Program-made: the position numbers and the translations under genes
Source of the DNA: Spirochaetota bacterium
GTDB lineage: Bacteria > Spirochaetota > UBA4802 > JAFGDQ01
Direction of reading: 5' to 3'
NCBI GenBank assembly: GCA_043803405.1
Contig: JAZDKB010000006.1
Location: 80,354-144,353, forward strand
Length of the DNA stretch: 64,000 nt
Notes under the pieces: generated by a model
Told to the model about the DNA's origin: nothing
The model's input: the letters and a program-made list of their open reading frames with translations, nothing else
Databases searched by the model: none
Shown here: piece after piece, positions 60,157 through 64,000 of the stretch
Layout of the letters: the number at the start of each line of letters is the position of its first letter
How positions within the stretch are numbered: the stretch's first letter is position 1

Positions 60157-61125
60157 ATGATAAAAGTAAAACAAATAATTATATCTTTTTTGTTATTAAG
60201 CAGTTTCCATGTTTCTCTTTTTTCCATGGCTAATGAAAAAGAAAATTCATATTTTAAAATATATTTATATATGGAAAAGGCTACATTTGAAAATAATGAG
60301 TCAATATTATTATATATAAATATTAAAAATACATCTAAAACTAAAAGAATATTCAAAATATGCGACATGGATTACACAACTTTTCAACCTGTTGTTTATA
60401 ATATGAACGGGAAGGAAGCGGAGACGCTGGTTGCTTATCGGCTTCAAAACAAAACAGTAACTGAAATACTGAAGGATAGTAATTCGAGAACTATTGAATT
60501 ATTGCCGAATGAACTTTTTTCTCATATTATTGATTTAAAGACTATATATAAAATTGATTCGGAAAAAGAGTATAGAGTTAAAGCGCAGTTTTCTCCTGAT
60601 GTAGAGAATTTATTTTTTATTAAAAGTGATAATCAATTAAATTTTAAAACATTAAAAGATGTAGGTGATTCAGGAGATAAAATATCAAGAATATCGCAGT
60701 TTACGTCTCCAATTCGAAATCTGTCTCCTTCAGAGATTATTTTATTATTTTTAAAGGCGGAAAAAGAGAGAAACTGGGATAATTATTTTAAATTTATTGA
60801 TATTGAAAAATATATTAATGCATATCCCGATTATGTTAGAATTTATAATATTGCCATAAAAAAACATGACATTGAACAAAAAGAAAAAATCGTTCTGGAA
60901 TTTACGAACTTTTTAAAAGAGGAACGCAGCGATTATATAATTTCATATAATATTGTTAGTGAACTGAATCAGAGTGAAAATAATTGTTATGTTGAAGCAT
61001 TAGTAAAAAGATCTTCTGCCGGTAGTCCGTTTATTTATAAATACAGATACGCATTGGAAAAGTTTGAGAATTTATGGTTGATAACGGATGTTGTTGTAAC
61101 AGTTAATAAGGGGCAAAAAATATGA
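60157..61125 (+). CDS. Exported hypothetical protein translationally coupled to fliM
   Basis: Signal-peptide-like N-terminus; ATGA overlap with fliM. Confidence 0.75.
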   Translation: MIKVKQIIISFLLLSSFHVSLFSMANEKENSYFKIYLYMEKATFENNESILLYINIKNTSKTKRIFKICDMDYTTFQPVVYNMNGKEAETLVAYRLQNKTVTEILKDSNSRTIELLPNELFSHIIDLKTIYKIDSEKEYRVKAQFSPDVENLFFIKSDNQLNFKTLKDVGDSGDKISRISQFTSPIRNLSPSEIILLFLKAEKERNWDNYFKFIDIEKYINAYPDYVRIYNIAIKKHDIEQKEKIVLEFTNFLKEERSDYIISYNIVSELNQSENNCYVEALVKRSSAGSPFIYKYRYALEKFENLWLITDVVVTVNKGQKI

Positions 61126-62147
61126 CGGAAATATTATCGCAAGATGAAATAGATGCGCTATTGACCGCCATCTCTACCGGAGAGGTGGATACAACAGAGT
61201 ATTCCGCGACCCAGGAACAGCGTAAAGTTAAAATTTACGACTTTAGGCGTCCTGATAAATTTTCGAAGGACCAGATAAGAACCCTTCAAATGATGCATGA
61301 GACTTTTGCCAGGTTGACTACAACAGCGCTTTCTGCCCAGCTTAGAGCTCTTGTAAGCGTCCATGTTGCTTCGGTTGATCAGCTAACTTATGAAGAGTTT
61401 GTGCGTTCTATTCCCAATCCGACAACGCTTGCTGTTATCAATATGGATCCGTTGAAAGGTTCCGGCGTTCTGGAAATTGATCCATCCATTACATTTACTA
61501 TTATTGATAAACTTTTTGGAGGCGTTGGTGAATCATCAAGAATAACGCGCGAGCTAACCGATATTGAACTTTCGGTTATGGAAGGGATAATAGTTAGGAT
61601 TCTGGGCAACCTGAGAGAGGCGTGGTCGAATGTAATTGACCTCCGGCCGAGACTGGGAAATATTGAAACAAACCCGCAATTTGCTCAAATAGTTCCTCCT
61701 AATGACATGGTTGTTTTAATTACTCTTGAAACAAAAGTAGGTGAAGTTGAAGGGATGACTAACTTGTGTATACCGTACATAACAATTGAACCTATCATTT
61801 CCAAACTGTCTGCTCAATACTGGTATTCCAGCATAAGAAAAGGCACAACAGATGAAAATCTTGCCATTATTCAGGGAAGACTTGAGAATGTTGAATTGCA
61901 GGTTGTCGCGGAAATAGGCGAAGTTTCAATAATTATGCAGGAAGTGCTGGAGCTTAAAGTCGGCGATGTAATTAAACTGCCGGATACTAAAGTAAATTCA
62001 GATATGGTACTTCGCGTTGGCGGCAGAAAGAAATATAAATGCAGACCAGGATTAATCGGCAGCAGAGTAGCTGTTCAAATAGGGGAGAGCATTCTGGATA
62101 TTCCTGATGAACTCCTGATAACAAGAAGAAGTGAAGAAGAGATGTAG
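61122..62147 (+). CDS. fliM: Flagellar motor switch protein FliM
   Basis: ILSQDEIDALL, YDFRRPDKFSKDQIRTLQ, LFGG, ETNPQFAQI. Confidence 0.98.
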   Translation: MTEILSQDEIDALLTAISTGEVDTTEYSATQEQRKVKIYDFRRPDKFSKDQIRTLQMMHETFARLTTTALSAQLRALVSVHVASVDQLTYEEFVRSIPNPTTLAVINMDPLKGSGVLEIDPSITFTIIDKLFGGVGESSRITRELTDIELSVMEGIIVRILGNLREAWSNVIDLRPRLGNIETNPQFAQIVPPNDMVVLITLETKVGEVEGMTNLCIPYITIEPIISKLSAQYWYSSIRKGTTDENLAIIQGRLENVELQVVAEIGEVSIIMQEVLELKVGDVIKLPDTKVNSDMVLRVGGRKKYKCRPGLIGSRVAVQIGESILDIPDELLITRRSEEEM

Positions 62148-62166
62148 TGAGTTCTATATTATTATA

Positions 62167-63180
62167 TTATTGCGGTAATTTATTCAGGTACGGCATGGGA
62201 TTCACGCATTCTGTTCCGATTCTTATTTGGTAGTAGCAGGAATGTTTTGCCGCTTTACCCGTCCTTCCAACGGACGCAATTGTTTCGCCTTTTGCAACCT
62301 CCTGATCTACTTTTATAAAAATCCTTTGACAGTGAGAATAAATAGTTGTAAATCCATATTTGTGTTTTATTGATATTGAAAGACCTAGTTTAGGATCCCA
62401 CATTATATTTTCTACTTTTCCGGGTGCGCTTGCTCTTATCTCTGCTCCCGGAAATGCCGCGATTTCGATACCCTGATTAAATTCATTTTGTGATTTGTAG
62501 GGCTCATCTTTGTAGCCGAATTTAGTAATTATTGAACCTTGTGTCGGCCATAATGACGGTGTGCTTTCGATGATTTTTTTCCTTACTTGTAAAAAGTTTT
62601 TTATCTTAATGAGGACTTCCCTTGATGTCTTTAATTCCTGTTCCACTTCCTTTATGTTTAATTCTTCAACAGAGGGAGAATTATTTTCCGATGCTAAATC
62701 GCCCGGATTTGGATTTGAAACGCCGCCTTTTGCCCATAGGGAATCCACGTCTTTTTCATTGGTCAGTGAATACAGATATGTTATTTCCGGTTTAAATTTC
62801 TGGAAAATATCATAAAGCTTATTAATTTCTTCCTTGTAATGGGAAATTTGTATTTTTGAGTTGGAGCCATACATCTTTAACTTGGAAACATCTTTAATGG
62901 TTGATGCGTGCGTTATAATTGCGATTGAAGTGATGGTTATAATTATAAGGATTGTGGAAATTATTAATGTTATTGAATAAATTGGTATATGGAAATTAAT
63001 TATTTTCTTTTCCGAATGCGGAATGAGCATTATGGTAATACGCTCTTTTGCTTTTTTTAAAAATCTGTAATACTTCGGCCTAAGTGAATCAAAAAGGAGT
63101 CCTGACTTATCGGAAAATTTTTTTTTAAAAAATTTTTGAAGACTATCCAGATTTGAATCTTTGAAAGGATTTAATCCCAT
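62167..63180 (-). CDS. Membrane-anchored M23/LytM-domain protein (degenerate active site)
   Basis: TIMLIPHSE, TM helix, coiled coil, TPSLWP, TIYSH, GETIASVGRTG, VNPMPYL. Confidence 0.85.
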   Translation of the reverse strand: MGLNPFKDSNLDSLQKFFKKKFSDKSGLLFDSLRPKYYRFLKKAKERITIMLIPHSEKKIINFHIPIYSITLIISTILIIITITSIAIITHASTIKDVSKLKMYGSNSKIQISHYKEEINKLYDIFQKFKPEITYLYSLTNEKDVDSLWAKGGVSNPNPGDLASENNSPSVEELNIKEVEQELKTSREVLIKIKNFLQVRKKIIESTPSLWPTQGSIITKFGYKDEPYKSQNEFNQGIEIAAFPGAEIRASAPGKVENIMWDPKLGLSISIKHKYGFTTIYSHCQRIFIKVDQEVAKGETIASVGRTGKAAKHSCYYQIRIGTECVNPMPYLNKLPQ

Positions 63181-63253
63181 TTTTTTCCTTACCGGTCAAT
63201 ATTATAAATTATAATATTTTTTATAATCAATTTAAAAAATTAAGACATCTTAC

Positions 63254-63283
63254 ATTTTAATTGTTAAACTTTGAAATTGTCAA
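63254..63283 (-). promoter_or_regulatory. Sigma-70 promoter of the M23 gene
   Basis: TTGACA-N18-TAAAAT on the minus strand. Confidence 0.5.
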
Positions 63284-63780
63284 GCTTATTATTACTTATC
63301 GGTATACTATAGAGCGTAAATGAGTGCGGAATTTTAATTTAATGTACTATATCTTACCCATTAACGAGTTGGCCGGTTTGTTTAAGCATTTGAATGCTTG
63401 ATTTTCTGATATATAATAAATTATCAATAATAAAAAAATCTTAATTAAGAAAAATTATTATGCCGAAATGAAGAACAAATGATAATAAGCAGAAAAAATT
63501 GATTAAGGATAACATTATTTTAAAATTTAATATATCCTGAAATAATTGCCTGTAAACTCCTATAATCACCTACAATCGGCTTTAATATTTAACTTGCACT
63601 TTCCGATCATCAATCTAGTTATATGATTTAAAATATCTGTAATTATATTTAAATAATTTTTAAAAACAATATTCGAACGGTCTTTAATAACTGGATTTTA
63701 TCGCTGCAAGCATTTTAAAGCGGAAGGTCTAATGATTGCAGCAATATACAGGTATTCCCCGCAGTAGGCTTTTATTTCAC

Positions 63781-63820
63781 GCCCGATAAGGAGATTGGGC
63801 TATTTTAAAACAAAGGAGTG
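63781..63820 (+). promoter_or_regulatory. Candidate CsrA sites in the flagellin leader
   Basis: GCCCGAT-AAGGAG-ATTGGGC hairpin with GGA in the loop, plus GGA in the SD. Confidence 0.6.
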
Positions 63821-63826
63821 TATCGA

Positions 63827-64000
63827 ATGATTATCAATAATAACATGAGTGCCATTAACGCGAACAGAGTGCTCAAGTTTAAACATTGGGATGTTAATTC
63901 TTCAATGGAAAAACTTGCGTCCGGTATGCGTATTAACAGGGCAGGCGATGACGCATCCGGCCTTGCTGTTTCTGAGAAGATGAGAACTCAGATACAGGGC
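63827..64000 (+). CDS. flaB: Flagellin FlaB, 3'-truncated by the window edge
   Basis: [18 protein letters not shown]...[30 protein letters not shown]. Confidence 0.96.
   Translation, partial: MIINNNMSAINANRVLKFKHWDVNSSMEKLASGMRINRAGDDASGLAVSEKMRTQIQG

Overview
A 64-kb, AT-rich bacterial chromosome segment, inferred to be from a spirochaete related to Leptospirae. The evidence is a FlaB-type flagellin N-terminus, a spirochaete CheY3-like protein, the fliY-fliOPQR-flhBAFG-fliA-FapA gene order, and a SecA without the SEC-C motif. Housekeeping blocks are obgE-CGS-proB-secA-glmM; nnr; tRNA-Leu, tRNA-Gly, tig, clpP, clpX and lon; ptsI and pcm; a large flagellar export and chemotaxis cluster; yicC-remA-gmk-rpoZ-miaA-hfq; larCB; flgM; fliM; and the start of flaB. 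An accessory region at about 12.2-21.4 kb holds orphan genes, a PIN/RHH toxin-antitoxin pair, rmlD-rmlB and several families of palindromic repeats. The best candidate for an undescribed system is a 156-aa all-helical protein gene followed immediately by an exactly phased array of twelve 21-bp units. The unit consensus is dyad-symmetric (AG-N3-C-N5-G-N3-CT-N4), and some cores occur in both orientations. Other oddities are a 48-bp repeat with a covarying hairpin on both sides of a usp gene, no motAB between flbD and fliL, and an ATT-initiated miaA. Three genes look like pseudo-enzymes: a CheY lacking the phospho-Asp, an Fe-ADH lacking its metal ligands, and a degenerate M23. There is also a plant-like cystathionine gamma-synthase and a 29-aa bS22 gene missed by the ORF track. 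All annotations come from motif recognition only; no database searches were run.
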